NCBI GenBank assembly: GCA_964016885.1
Contig: OZ024746.1
Location: 79,980,001 to 80,044,000 of the forward strand
Length of the DNA stretch: 64,000 nucleotides
Source of the DNA: Eledone cirrhosa
Lineage: Eukaryota
Direction of reading: 5' to 3'
Position numbers and translations under genes: made by a program
Notes under the pieces: model-generated
The model's input: the letters and a program-made list of their open reading frames with translations, nothing else
Database searches by the model: none
What the model was told of the DNA's origin: nothing
In this document: positions 39,365-61,213 of the stretch, piece after piece
Layout of the letters: each line of letters opens with the position of its first letter
How positions within the stretch are numbered: position 1 is the stretch's first letter

Positions 39365-39545
39365 TGGCAGTATCGGTAGAGGGTCGTGCGCCATGCTTTG
39401 CAGCATAGTTACGTCCCTTTACGATCTGAGTTCAAATCTCGCCGAGGTTGACTTTGCCTTTCATCCTTACGGGGTCGATAAAATAAAGTACCAGTAATGC
39501 ACTGGGTAATTGCTGGCCTTGTGCCTAAAAGTAGAAACAATTATT
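39365..39545 (+). mobile_element. tRNA-derived SINE (duplicate at 47355-47535)
   Basis: Consensus match. Confidence 0.9.
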
Positions 39546-39755
39546 TTTATTTTTATCCTTTACGCTCTTTCCTACATTCTTCTACACGCTACAGTCTTAT
39601 ACACACCACGCATCTCAACGTACACCCACTTACATCTCTCTCTCCACCACCGGATCTTGTTACCCGGAGATTTACCCATCTGCATTGTCGAGGCTTCCAA
39701 ACTACTTAAAGAAATTTACCTTATTATTACACAATGCTTCAAGCAAACTTCAATA

Positions 39756-39787
<32 letters not shown>

Positions 39788-40690
39788 CGTATATGTATGT
39801 ATATAAAATTACATACATATTTGATTAAGAAGATATGCTTCCGCACATGTGTAGATGTTTATGCGATATCTATGGATATACTTGTTTGCTTGACAAATGG
39901 GTAGAAATGTAGCACTTCACTTGAAGGTTCTACAAATAATCACAGCAATAGCAGTGTTTATGAGCTTTTTACACAGCCCCCCCCCCCTTTTTTTTCTTAT
40001 TATTTCAATGAGGCAAGAGTGTGAACGTAAATGGTTGTTTAAACACTTAAGTTTTTGGTGTAATATTCCACCTCTCAGCCATCTCACAACATAGATGTAA
40101 TGAAAACCTAAAATTACAGCAAATTACAGAATAAGTTTTCTGTTTAACAGTTCAGTGTATCGTTGTTGTTATTATTGAAGTTGTTGTTGATGTTGTCGAT
40201 ATTAATTCTATTGGGTATGAAATTAAGTATGAAATATGTAGAAATTTGTTGTTTTTTCTACAAATTTCTACAAATTTCATACTTGACAACCCAGTGGTTT
40301 ACTTGTTGCCATAAGAATGTTTTATGTATAATGGAGAATTCATGCGGACAAAGTACAGACGTACATCTATCTTTGGACAAAAACAATGATAACAACAAAA
40401 ACAACAACACGTGAATCTCAATAGCAATTCCATGATAGAGAGATGCAGAGGAAGAAAGTCATCGTAATTTAATAGTAATATGTTTGATAATGATTAAAGT
40501 AAGTATGGAAGAAATTTATTTTACATGATTTTTAAATGAATGTAATATGTGACAGGGTGATCACCGGGAGAAACAAGAGGAAATCTGGGAAAACTCTAGG
40601 ATCTAAGCATCAGTATATACAATGTTGTAATCAAAGAATCATTAATTTTTTTTACCAGAAACACCGTCATTTTGACGAGAAGTATGTTAG

Positions 40691-40740
<50 letters not shown>

Positions 40741-40762
40741 TCTAATTTACCCTAAATTTACT

Positions 40763-41305
40763 CTAGGGTAAATTAGAGAACATAGAAATGAAAATAGAAT
40801 CTACACACAGAAAAGACGCAATGTTTAGACAAATCACAGAGGCAATAAACATAAATTAACTCCAACCAAAATTAAATAGAAAACATGAATGGAATAGCAA
40901 CATCACAACTTACAATTAACGACAAAATGAAAACACACACACACATAGAACACACAACCAACCAGTAACATGTAAATAAACAAATAAATAAACAAATATA
41001 AACAGACACCCGGATGTAACACATGCACAAACTAAGCACACAACACACAAAAACAAGATGGCGTAGGACAGAACAAAGGAGAGGTCAAAAAAAAGAAAAG
41101 AATACACAGTCACTGAAGAGGTCACAGAATGTGTGACGAAAGAACTTTGACAATATATGAACAATCGTCTGGTTGTGGAACCAACCAGCCAACCGGAAAT
41201 TTATAATTTTTTTAATTTATGAATTTAATTTATAATAAATTGAAGTGAAAGCAACTGGTGCGTGTGTTTCTTATTGGCAACATGACCGTCCCAAAGCATA
41301 ACAAT
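40763..41305 (+). mobile_element. Penelope-like element 3' fragment: GIY-YIG C-terminus, 3'UTR, hammerhead, tail (duplicate at 48758-49305)
   Basis: DAMFRQITEAININELQPKLNRKHEWN (open in copy 2, E>stop in copy 1); ends in (TA)n; tail recurs at 58122-58218. Confidence 0.8.
41109..41151 (+). ncRNA. Minimal type I hammerhead ribozyme candidate (duplicate at 49110-49152)
   Basis: GTCA-CTGAAGA-G-GTCACA-GAATG-TGTGAC-GAAA-GAAC-T-T-TGAC. Confidence 0.7.
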
Positions 41306-42740
41306 ATATATATATATATATACATGCGTGTGTGTGTGTCTGTACGTGAAGAAAAAAAACTGGGAATGTCCTTACTAGGTTTCATTTCTATTTGGAAATT
41401 CCTCAGAGAGCACTTCATGTTGTAAGAGAGTAGAATTCAGAATGTAAAGAGCTAACTAATACCTCAAAGTATCTTGTCCAACGCTCTAACAATTCTGTCA
41501 TCCCACTGTATTTGTCTTCATATATAATAACAAATCGATCGTCTGTTTGATATTGCATCAGCTTTTTCCAGAATTATAAAGTACAGTTTACGTTTTCTTA
41601 TGCTTCGTCTTGTAAATTAACCTGTAAAATTAATTAAGAAATCTATTAGGACTTAACCGTTAAATATTTTTACTGTAAGTGCGTGAACAACATGTCGTTA
41701 ATAGTATAATTTCATTTTGATTAACAGAGCGATGAGGTTTTGTAACATTAATGGACTAATGGATTATATTTTTTTTTTTAGTCCATATCGATTTAAGGTG
41801 AAATTTCTCCGTTTATATTCTATTTAGAGATCATCAGGAGCTGGTTTTATTTTCCTATTTTTTTTAACTATTTCAATATTTCATTCTGCATTTCCCTCGT
41901 ATTTAATTATACTCAAGAGCTAGTTATATTTATCCCCACTTCCACTTAAAGAGAATGGTAATTTAAGATAAAGATATCTGGATGGGCGAAATAATAGTAA
42001 AATTCACTAACGAAAATAATGAAATATTAAAATAATTAAAGAACCCAATAACTAGTAAATTTTGCTTCTTTTTCTTTACAAATCCAGATATATAAAATCA
42101 CTATTATCTTTATAATTAGAAGCAGAGAATGGAAACATAAAACTAGTTTATGATGATATCTAAATAAAAGAGACACGGAAACAGTAACTCGATAGATCTA
42201 ATAAATGTATATGTGTTTGTGTGTGTGTGTTTGTGGGTGGGTGGGTGTATGGGTGTATGGGTGGGTGCGGGTGTGGGTGTGGGTGGGCGTAGGTGTGTGT
42301 AGGGGTGGGGGTAATCAACTAATTATAACCTCGATAATGCTTTATTTATATGAAGAAATTTTTATGTGAAATTTAATCAATGATTCAAATTAATTAAAAT
42401 AATTAGCTACTTAATATCCTGACTAACGGGGAGAGGAAACTATGAATAGCGAATCGCAAAATATCAGCAGTAAAATGTCCCATATACATATATATATTTC
42501 GTTTTTTCTTCTTTCCTTTTTTCCCTTTCTTCCTCTCTCTTCACTATCTTATCTTTTCTTCCCCCCATGGCCTTTTAATTGATAAAAGGCCTTGGGCGCG
42601 CTGCTGATCGATTTCGATGTCCTGTTTTAAGCGCCGAAACATCTATAATCTGCAGTTAACAGCTGATGAAGGGGCTCTTCTCTTGTTTCGTCCATATTAT
42701 CATCTTAAACTTTGTTTACAATAACCACACAGCCCACTTC

Positions 42741-42898
<158 letters not shown>

Positions 42899-42988
42899 TA
42901 TTATTTTTTTCCCAATCTTACGTTAACTACCTTTCATTTATATATACATATATATGTATATACATACATATACATACATATATATACA

Positions 42989-43069
<81 letters not shown>

Positions 43070-43286
43070 ATGTGTGTGTGTGAAGTGAAAAGTTAATGGG
43101 CTACAGGAACACAACGCCTTGACCTTAACGTATGATCTTGATTTTTGAGGTAACAATGCCTTGGGAAGCGGGCGCATGAAGGAAAAAGTAAAAAAAAAAC
43201 TAAAAGAATCGTCTGAAGGACGAGTATGGTACATTGCTTCCAGTGTAGTTGGAATGTCACTCATTTTTAGCTAGATCCACCATGTC

Positions 43287-43486
43287 NNNNNNNNNNNNNN
43301 NNNNNNNNNNNNNNNNNNNNNNNNNNNNNNNNNNNNNNNNNNNNNNNNNNNNNNNNNNNNNNNNNNNNNNNNNNNNNNNNNNNNNNNNNNNNNNNNNNNN
43401 NNNNNNNNNNNNNNNNNNNNNNNNNNNNNNNNNNNNNNNNNNNNNNNNNNNNNNNNNNNNNNNNNNNNNNNNNNNNNNNNNNNNNN
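43287..43486. other. Assembly gap, 200 N
   Basis: Direct reading. Confidence 0.99.
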
Positions 43487-51281
<7,795 letters not shown>

Positions 51282-51529
51282 CTAAATGGCTGGTATTGAA
51301 ATTCAAAAGAAGAATAAATTGGTGATGCAAAAAAATGGGGAAGGAAACAATAATATTTCTGTATTATGGAAATGGTGAAAGCATATGGAGGAAGGTCAAC
51401 ATTGAGAGCTAAGAGTAAATCCAAGTAAAGAGAAAACAATAATTCGTGAAGGATTGCATTAGGTACTGTATATGAATTCTTGTTTTGGCTACATTGACGG
51501 CAAATGGGAAATTTTGCTACAGAATGAAT

Positions 51530-51732
51530 TTTAAAAGACCGGCATTCCCTGGAAGCACCATGCTGTTCGGCATTGCCGGAAAAGAGGATACTGTCGGAAG
51601 GTGCCAAAATTGCTCAGATCTGGGGTTGGCAGCAGATGAAGGTAATATATATATATATACTCACAGATACACACGCGCACACACACACACACACACACAC
51701 ATACACACACACACGCACACACACATCATATA

Positions 51733-51788
<56 letters not shown>

Positions 51789-51852
51789 TCTAAATAGAGA
51801 TTGCACTGCGGGACATTCCCTTCATCTGCTGCCAACTCCAGATCTGAGCAAT
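51530..51852 (-). mobile_element. 34-bp inverted arms around a microsatellite, tail on the left arm only
   Basis: 51609-51642 versus 51819-51852 (ATTGCTCAGATCTGGGGTTGGCAGCAGATGAAGG). Confidence 0.65.
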
Positions 51853-51862
51853 ATATATATAT

Positions 51863-51956
<94 letters not shown>

Positions 51957-52457
51957 TTGTATATACATATATATATATATATACTTGTGTATAATATTGT
52001 GTGTGTCAGTGTGTGTACATTTGTTTGTATATGCGTCAGTGTTTGTTAAGATGTATATTAGTGTGGTTGTGTGTACACATGTATATGATATATACTCTAC
52101 ATACTTAAGCATATATTCGTCGCTAAGACTGATGCGATGAAGCAGAAAGCTGGTTAGTAATTGCAGGAAAGAAGCAATAAAAATCAGAGGTAATGGTGTA
52201 CTGCTATCAATCCAAATAATGGCCTCTGTTTACCAGTAGCAGCAAAGTAAACATGAAGCTATCAATTATACTAAAGCTCCCCCTGGCGACACTCTGGAGA
52301 GGCTATGAAGAGCTAAATAAGATTTCGAATAAATGATAATTATTTCAGCTGAGAACATATCTACATATAAACTTTCTCTCTCTTTCAATCTCTCTCACAC
52401 ACATACACATACTCTCACAAGCACGCACATACACACACATGCACACACCCAAATAAT

Positions 52458-52491
<34 letters not shown>

Positions 52492-52864
52492 TTATTCATA
52501 TATATAGATATATATATATATAGATATATACGCATAAATACGAATCTACATTTAATCACTCAGATCCATGTGTCTCTATATGTACGTGCGTGTGTGTAAA
52601 TATATATTTACCCTCTGCCTCCATATATATATATACACACATACATATATACAAACAAACATACAGGCATGCATATATACTCACACGCGCGTACATACAT
52701 ACATACACATTTATAAGTATCTTTGTAAGCTCATACTCTTACTTGTTTACACGTGTGTGTGTGTGTGTCGGTAGATAGACAGATACATGTTTATATAAAC
52801 ATATGTATATTTTGAATTGTGGCCCTGCATATTTACGATGAATATATGTATGTATTTATATATA

Positions 52865-52938
<74 letters not shown>

Positions 52939-52941
<3 letters not shown>

Positions 52942-53059
52942 TAAGAATACCATGATGAAGTTTCACATGAATGTTTTTATTGATGAAAACCAGTTACGAA
53001 TGTTTCACAGATGATTTGCTCACGGTCCACATTTGTATTATAGACCCGACTCTCACAAC

Positions 53060-53111
<52 letters not shown>

Positions 53112-53229
53112 TAAGAATACCATGATGAAGTTTCATATGAATGTTTTTATTGATGAAAACCAGTTACGAATGTTTCACAGATGATTTGCTCACGGTCCAC
53201 ATTTGTATTATAGACCCGACTCTCACCAC

Positions 53230-53230
<1 letters not shown>
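52939..53230. repeat. 170-bp tandem duplication bounded by (TG)n
   Basis: TATTAAGAATACCATGATGAAG at 52939 and 53109. Confidence 0.92.
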
Positions 53231-53285
<55 letters not shown>

Positions 53286-53311
53286 CTACATGTGTATATA
53301 CATATTTACAC

Positions 53312-53502
53312 ATTTTTGGATGGCCGTTGCCTCTTATGAATTCTTCTGCCCTTTGTCAGGTTTTGTTTTTGTCCTGGAGGGTGTCCAAAATCCCCCTCCT
53401 CACCATGTAACTTGGTGGGGTTGCCAGTTTAGTCGCCGATAACCCGACCATGCGACAGATTGTACTGGGTTACATGTTACCAGTGACACTCAAAAGTGAC
53501 CC

Positions 53503-53505
<3 letters not shown>
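53312..53505 (-). mobile_element. Probable RTE LINE 5'UTR fragment
   Basis: GGCGACTAAACTGGCAACCCCACC-type motif, as recalled for RTE 5'UTRs; no ORF. Confidence 0.35.
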
Positions 53506-53546
<41 letters not shown>

Positions 53547-53547
53547 C

Positions 53548-53597
<50 letters not shown>

Positions 53598-54333
53598 GCA
53601 GACACATATACATACAGATGCACGGGTGTATTCTTTCATATAAGGTCATCTTTAGTCAATTCATCTATGGTGTAACAATGAGGAACTTCACGTGTATGCA
53701 AATAAGAGGAACTTCATGTGTATGCAAATATATTTAAAAAAAAAAAAAGAAAGAGAAGGAGTCCATCGACTGATCGGGTCCAGAAACTGTTTCTTCCCTT
53801 GGTCTTTCCATTGTAGATACTATCTGCGGGTCGCAACAACTACTGAAGAAAACAACGCGGCACCTGGTCCGGGAATTGTAACCCCGAGCTTGATCGGGGA
53901 GCTAAGACTCAACGGGAAAATAAATGCCTTCCTCAAGGGCCCAACAGGAAGTGGTCGTGAGCTGAAGACCTTAACCGCTTATCGACGTGCTTTCAATACA
54001 TGTATACATACATCATGCACACAAACAATTGTACCTGTATTTACAAACATAAATACACATATGCATATATAGTTACATACAAACATACATACATGCATGC
54101 ATACATACATACATACTACATACATACATACATTCATACAAACATACAAACATACATACATATACATACATACATACATACATACTACATACATACATAC
54201 ATTCATACAAACATACATACATACATACATACATACATACATACATACATACATACATACATACATACACCCATACATATATGCAACTCCACATACACAA
54301 TCACACATATCTCCACACGAATGGATATATGCA

Positions 54334-54408
<75 letters not shown>

Positions 54409-54471
54409 CAATTAAAGATTCTATAAAGATATATATGAAAGTGTACCTAATTTTCCATATACAAACTTGCA

Positions 54472-54529
<58 letters not shown>

Positions 54530-54572
54530 GCACGTTTACTAATGGAAAACTACGTGTATATATATATATATT

Positions 54573-54658
<86 letters not shown>

Positions 54659-54672
54659 TATAAATATATACA

Positions 54673-54783
<111 letters not shown>

Positions 54784-55126
54784 TATATATGCACAAATGA
54801 AGCTGTTAGACATATATAGGCAATTAAAATAGACTTTAATCTTGCTGTGAGAGAAAGAAGAAAAACTATCTAATCTGCTAAAACGTTAAGATCTGGTCCT
54901 GATTGAATAATTATACGTTTTAAATTACACCTACATCTACATATATAAGTATATACATATTTACACATACTTACATACATACGAGGATACATGGTCACAC
55001 ACAGTGACAAGCAGAAAACTGTATGCGTATATGTGCGTGTATTTATGTATGTATTTGTCTCTCTTAAATTCTCATAAACACGCCTAAATACACACAGGTA
55101 ATGCTATATGTATGGTGTATAATATG

Positions 55127-55208
<82 letters not shown>

Positions 55209-55442
55209 ATATATATACATAGGTACACACAGCTTCCGTGTTTCTTGGATAATTGCATCAGCATCTACATGGAGGTAATTTTGTTTATCCATTAGTCAAA
55301 GAAGTAGGAGAGACATTTCCCTTCACGTCTATGAACCTCCATCACACACATGCGATATCTTTGCTGTTTAAACTATGCAAGTAAAACGAAAGATGTAAAC
55401 CATCAAGGCAACCTCTACAATAGGGATAGGGAACCTGCAGTT

Positions 55443-55666
55443 TTAACACTTTAATTGCCATATTTCTAATATTATACACTATCTACGATTTACCAATAAG
55501 TTTGAAAATAAGGTAGAAAGTTTAAGTTGGTGTTTAAAACATAATTTAAGAAAAAGTCCTCACGAAAAAATAGAGTAGAAGATTCAAATTTAAACATAAA
55601 CCTTTAAATCAATAGTTTTCATCAGAAAACAGGTGGTTTCAGGCGATTTGACATAAAAATGTTTAA
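55443..55666. mobile_element. Decayed piggyBac-like MITE
   Basis: TTAA-CACTTT...AAAATGT-TTAA ends. Confidence 0.45.
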
Positions 55667-55762
55667 GCTACCTGTGTCCTTCTGAAGGACTAAGTGCGGC
55701 TTTCTAAAGGAAGCGGAACGTTCGAAAGGCAAAACACCATATTACATTATAGTTTTGCTACC

Positions 55763-55985
55763 AGGGCGGTGGATTTGCAGCATCGGTAGAGGGTCGGGCG
55801 CAATGCTTTGCTGCATAGAGTTACGGCCCTTTGTGATCTGAGTTCAAATCCCGCCGAGGTTAACTTTGCCTTTCATCCTCACAGGGTCGATAAAATAAAG
55901 TACCAATCACGCGCGGGGGTCGATTTAATCAAATTTCCCCTCCCCCAAAATTGCTAGCTTTGTGCCTATACTAGAAACCATTATT
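55763..55985 (+). mobile_element. tRNA-derived SINE, long subtype, near full length
   Basis: Consensus match; near-TSD TTAT(A/T)GTTTTGCT on both sides. Confidence 0.92.
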
Positions 55986-56710
55986 GTTTTGCTTGATTTC
56001 ATTCTCTTATTCTTTTAACTTTTCAAATAATTATGACTTGTAGAAATATGTAAACTGTACCCCGTGTTTGTTTTCAAGATAGGGCTTCCTTGGATGACAG
56101 TTAATTTCAATACGGACGCCGCCGCCTTCTTCTTCTTATTCTTCTTCTTGGGAGAGTCACTCAGGAATCGAGCCCATGGTAATATAATCGCGAGTTCAGC
56201 ACCCTAATTACTAAGTGATTGTTGTATGTAAAATATATACTTGTACACGTCTTACAGTTTACAAACATATTCTGAAGATGCACCCCTTCGTATATACATT
56301 AAATTCTATTGATATAAAGTAGAAGGATATTATATGATATTTTATATCAATAAACACAGTCATTTATAATTTCTTTTATTGATATAAGATAATATGTGTG
56401 TGCGAGGGCGTGTGCACGCGTTTGTGTAAGTATATGTGTGCATGTATGTATGTATAATGCAAAGTAAAAAAAAAAAAAAGTGTTTAAACAGTTAAAAGAA
56501 TGAAAACAACAATAACACAAACAACACAGATAGGAGTCTCTTTCATATCTCGGACGTTAGTCCTTCGTTTGAAAGAAAATAATAGGAAATGAGTTGGAGA
56601 AGAAGTTCAAAAGAAAGAATGAAGACCAGATAAAAGAAAGTACGTATGTATATGTATTTACGTTTATATTTTATATGAGCACTTATGAATCTAAGTTATA
56701 TGTGTGTGTG

Positions 56711-56825
<115 letters not shown>

Positions 56826-56872
56826 ATAAAATATATATATGCGCATTTATGTCCATACGTATGTATGTATGT

Positions 56873-56874
<2 letters not shown>

Positions 56875-56943
<69 letters not shown>
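56875..56943. repeat. (GATA)n tract with no Tx1 insertion
   Basis: Direct reading. Confidence 0.95.
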
Positions 56944-56944
<1 letters not shown>

Positions 56945-57266
56945 GAAAAAATGAGGTGGAGAGGGAGTGTGATCCTTAAATAATAGGCTACAAACGTGAG
57001 CGTGTATTTACATGCCATGCATTATTAAAACATGTACAGACCTACAATATTTTTCCCGTCTACACTGCACATACTACACACACACACACACACTCCCTCT
57101 CCCTCTCTCTTTCTCTCTCTCTCCGCCTCTCTCTCTCTCTCTCTCTCTCTCATACATATACTTATACTTGTAGATATACATACATAGCATACATACAAGC
57201 ATGCATACATACATACATACATACATACATACATACATACATACATGCCTACATACACACACACAT

Positions 57267-57297
<31 letters not shown>

Positions 57298-57849
57298 TAC
57301 ATACATACATACATACACACATACACACATACATACATACACACATACATACATACATACATACATACATACATACATACATACATACATACACACATAC
57401 ATACATACACACATACATACATACATACATACATACATACATACATACATACATACATACATGTATACATACATACATACACACATAAAACGAGGGCAAG
57501 ACGGAGTATGATCCTTAAATTAAACCGCGTTATAATTCTAAATGCGACGTTGGTTTCTCAAAATAATTTTTCACATTAGAACAAGAGTTTAATCAGTAGA
57601 GTTTGTAGAGGACTATAACTATTACTACCGTACTTAACTAGTACTTATCTTATCGACCAGACGTGTAAGGTTACAAATCTGCTCCGACGATGTTTGATCC
57701 TACAATGGAGTCCTGGGAAACACTTCCCGACAAACGTCGTGTCTTGGACATTTTAAATCTGGCGGAACTCATGCCTCTCCATGTCGCAACACAACCAATT
57801 TCTTCCAAAGAAAAAGAGGGAGAGAACTAAAGGAAGTGATAAGGAGAAG

Positions 57850-57998
57850 TAAAGTAAGAATCGACCCCAGTACTGGACTGATATTTTGTTTATCTATCTC
57901 GAAGGAATGAAAAGAAACTTTGACCTCGACGAGATTTGAACTAAAGCCGGTAAAAATACCGAGGCATTTAATCCAACGTCTTAATGATTCTGCTTCCA
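57850..57998 (-). mobile_element. Old SINE copy
   Basis: ATCGACCCCAGTACTGGACTGATATTTTG...GAGATTTGAACT. Confidence 0.7.
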
Positions 57999-58464
57999 TT
58001 CATTCACTTGTTTATGTGGAACCGATAACGTTGTTAGAACACAATGTGGCCTTCAAGAGATAGTTACAGTGAGAATAGGCGGTGAGTTCTATAGTTTTTG
58101 TGATAGGTGTTCATCCTGTTATTGAACCAACCAACCGGAAATTTATAATAAATAGTGAAAACTAACTGACGCGTGTATTTTTATTGGCAGCATGACTCTT
58201 CTCTCCAAAACTATAACTATATATATATATATATATATAATGTGAACTCTTCTATATATATATGAATGTGTAAACCATGTTTTTTATGACATATTCTTAT
58301 TAATGTACAACTTAAATCCATTATAAATGTTATTATACACTTCCGTAGTATTAAGAAGCCCACGTGGCTGAAACCGGTACGATAAATTTCTTCTTTATAA
58401 ATAAATGTTTTGCTGTTATTCTGAGAAAATCACATTAGCATTTTCTGCTGCTTTTTTCTTTTAC

Positions 58465-58544
<80 letters not shown>

Positions 58545-59143
58545 GTGAGTATGCGTATTAATGTATATATGTATATACCATGATTGTGTGTATTACATTT
58601 GTGGGCTGTTCTGTATTTTATGAGTTCGTTGGAGATTTACGGAAGATTTATTTTCATTGTATGTGTCCAGGTGAAGACATTCTATAGGAATTCATACTTC
58701 TAGTTAACATCGCAGAAAGATTTGAATTCAATCATGCCGAACTCCCTAAATATCTATTAAGTGTACCGTGTTATTGACTGGTTAGAGAAATAGGTTGTAT
58801 CCCTTACTAATACCTATATCTATATTCAGTTGCACAATCGTTGGTCATTTATGAGGCATTAAGATTGTTTGATATTCCATCTATTGCATACGATTGTTGG
58901 GTCATTTTTACTAAGGCGGACACTCAATTTAATCAGCCATCTATGACCCTGTGAATTTCAATCTGGCAAATACTCGAATATGAGGTGCTTAAATCTTTTG
59001 TAATAGGAATCATAATATTGTTACTAAGCCAATTCTATCGACAACAAAGTTATTTCCTTTTTACTTTTGTCGTTCGAACAGAATTAACAACTTTGGCTGT
59101 TCACGTGGCCATCGTAGAATGTAATTGTATGCTCACTTTTTGT

Positions 59144-59206
<63 letters not shown>

Positions 59207-59779
59207 AGCTCATTCTTCGTTTGTTTCTTCGTTTGTTTCTTCTACTCTCTCTCTTCTTTCTTTCTCGCTCTTATTTTAACACTTTCCCTTTCTTCCTCTC
59301 TCTCTTTCTCTTATTTTAATGTTCAATACATTTTGTTTTGTCAGCTACTTGACATCAACCTCGTTAGCCATTAGAGGTAACAGCTGTCCATTTCTACATT
59401 GGTTAACGTGTTCCGGTGAATTGATGAGAGAAGAAGTGTTCTACTTTACATCACAAGCCCTTCTGAAACATCTAATTCGAAGTCAAGTCCTTTAAATCTT
59501 CGTAGTTGTTTATTGCTTATTTCACTCTCTTTTAAGGCATATAGACATCTAACAGCGAACTTTGGCAACTGCTGATAACTAATTTATTCTCATAAGAGGT
59601 TTACTTTTTCAACGTATTCTGCTTAGTAAATGTTATTGCGAAACTATTAAACTTCTGTGTTCTAATGTGAAACTAACTGAGAATCTATACTAAATGCAAT
59701 ACTGAAATAAACTTTAGATGATAGATGAATTGTCATCTGATAACATACATACTAGATTGCTAGAAATATTTGGCTGTGA

Positions 59780-59950
59780 AAGATTCATTTAGATTACAGA
59801 GCAGCATTTAAAAAGAAAGTGTTAGTAGTTGCTGGCAAATCCAACCGGTTGGAGACTCAGAAGTAAAACCACGAGCAAGATGGTTGAATAACATCCATAA
59901 CCTCGGTTGTTCTAACTTGGAGATACAGCCGGATCATTTGGAGACGATAG
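59780..59950 (+). pseudogene. RTE LINE C-terminal remnant
   Basis: PRARWLNNIHNLGCSNLEIQP resembles RGRPR.RW.D.I. Confidence 0.45.
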
Positions 59951-60150
59951 CCTTTGATACCGTATAACTTCACTCGTACATACACACAAGTGCACACACA
60001 AAAACACATACACATACACAATTGCATACAGATGCACATGCGTACGCACACACACATACACGCATATATATATATGTGTGTGTGTGTGCGTGTGCGTGCG
60101 TGTGTGTGCGTGTGTGTGAGTGTGTGTGAGTGTGTGTGAGTGTGTGTGTT

Positions 60151-60485
60151 TGAAGGCGCATGGCTTAGTGGTTAGAGCGTCGGTCTTACAAACATGAGAC
60201 TATGAGTTCGATTCTCGGACCGCGCTTTTCGTTGTGTTCTTGAGCAAGACACTTTATTTCACGTTGCTTCAGTGCAGTCAGCTGTACAAATAAGTTGCGA
60301 CGTCACTGGTGCCAAGCTATATCAGACTTAACCTTTTCCCTGAACAATATCGGTGGCGTGGAGGGGACATTGGTATACATGGGCGGCTGCTGTTCTTCCA
60401 CAAACAATTGTGCCCGAACTTGTGCCTTGGAGGTGAAGTTTCTAGGTGCAAATTCCATGGTTATTCGTGACCAAAGGAAGTTTTG
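60151..60485 (+). mobile_element. tRNA-headed SINE, third body type
   Basis: A-box TGGCTTAGTGG, B-box GTTCGATTC, TTGTGTTCTTGAGCAAGACACTTT domain. Confidence 0.85.
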
Positions 60486-60503
60486 TTCAACACTGACACA
60501 GGA

Positions 60504-60546
60504 ACGATGTACTAGTTTCAAGCTTGTTAGCTATCATCAGCACCGT
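60504..60546 (-). ncRNA. Minimal hammerhead ribozyme candidate (inverted copy)
   Basis: Reverse complement of 60971-61013. Confidence 0.7.
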
Positions 60547-60782
60547 ACACCCATCTGCCAGATAGTTGAACGTTCGAAAGTATATACTTTCCTTATGAAA
60601 ATTAACGGCTGAGCAGCCTAATTTGCATATTGAGTGAGTTAAATCGGTCAGGCATACCGAAAACGATAGGTTGAAATAAAATGAAAACGAAATTTCATTT
60701 CTCACTCTTAGTATGGCACTTACTTAAATGTAAGTATGTATGTATACGTACATACATATATGTATACAGACGTACAGTAGCA

Positions 60783-60844
<62 letters not shown>

Positions 60845-60970
60845 CAGGTATCGTTTTCGGTATGCCTGACCGATTTAACTCACTCAATATGCAAATTAGG
60901 CTGCTCAGCCGTTAATTTTCATAAGGAAAGTATATACTTTCGAACGTTCAACTATCTGGCAGATGGGTAT

Positions 60971-61013
60971 ACGGTGCTGATGATAGCTAACAAGCTTGAA
61001 ACTAGTACATCGT
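60971..61013 (+). ncRNA. Minimal type I hammerhead ribozyme candidate
   Basis: ACGGTG-CTGATGA-T-AGCT-AACA-AGCT-T-GAAA-CTAG-T-A-CATCGT; 6-bp stem I, palindromic ACTAGT. Confidence 0.72.
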
Positions 61014-61163
61014 TCCTGTGTCAGTGTTGAACAAAAAGGTGACGTGGTTACCTTAACACCGTATGGCATAAATTCAGGCTGTTCAGTTTGTTTACAAACG
61101 AACAAAGCGGCGTTATAATAAGCGTCCGCTAAACTGATGCGTGCATATATGTATGTGTACCTG

Positions 61164-61213
<50 letters not shown>

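Larger units (their letters stand above)
60481..61145. mobile_element. Inverted pair of PLE terminal repeats (60481-60668 / 60849-61036) plus structured tail 61037-61145
   Basis: ~188-bp near-perfect inverted arms, each containing a hammerhead. Confidence 0.85.

Noticed and set aside
42600-42700. Hammerhead at CTGATGAAGGGG
   Set aside because: No downstream GAAA with a compatible stem II; probably another part of a PLE terminal repeat.
52275-52292. CTCF-like motif (GTCGCCAGGGGGAG on -)
   Set aside because: Single short motif, expected by chance, with no supporting context.
58560-58990. CR1-like RT remnant on - (PISLTS)
   Set aside because: Only one short motif is recognisable across frameshifts, so it is not listed as a feature.
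60151-60230. tRNA gene
   Set aside because: A and B boxes are present but there is no clean cloverleaf or acceptor stem, and it continues into a SINE body.
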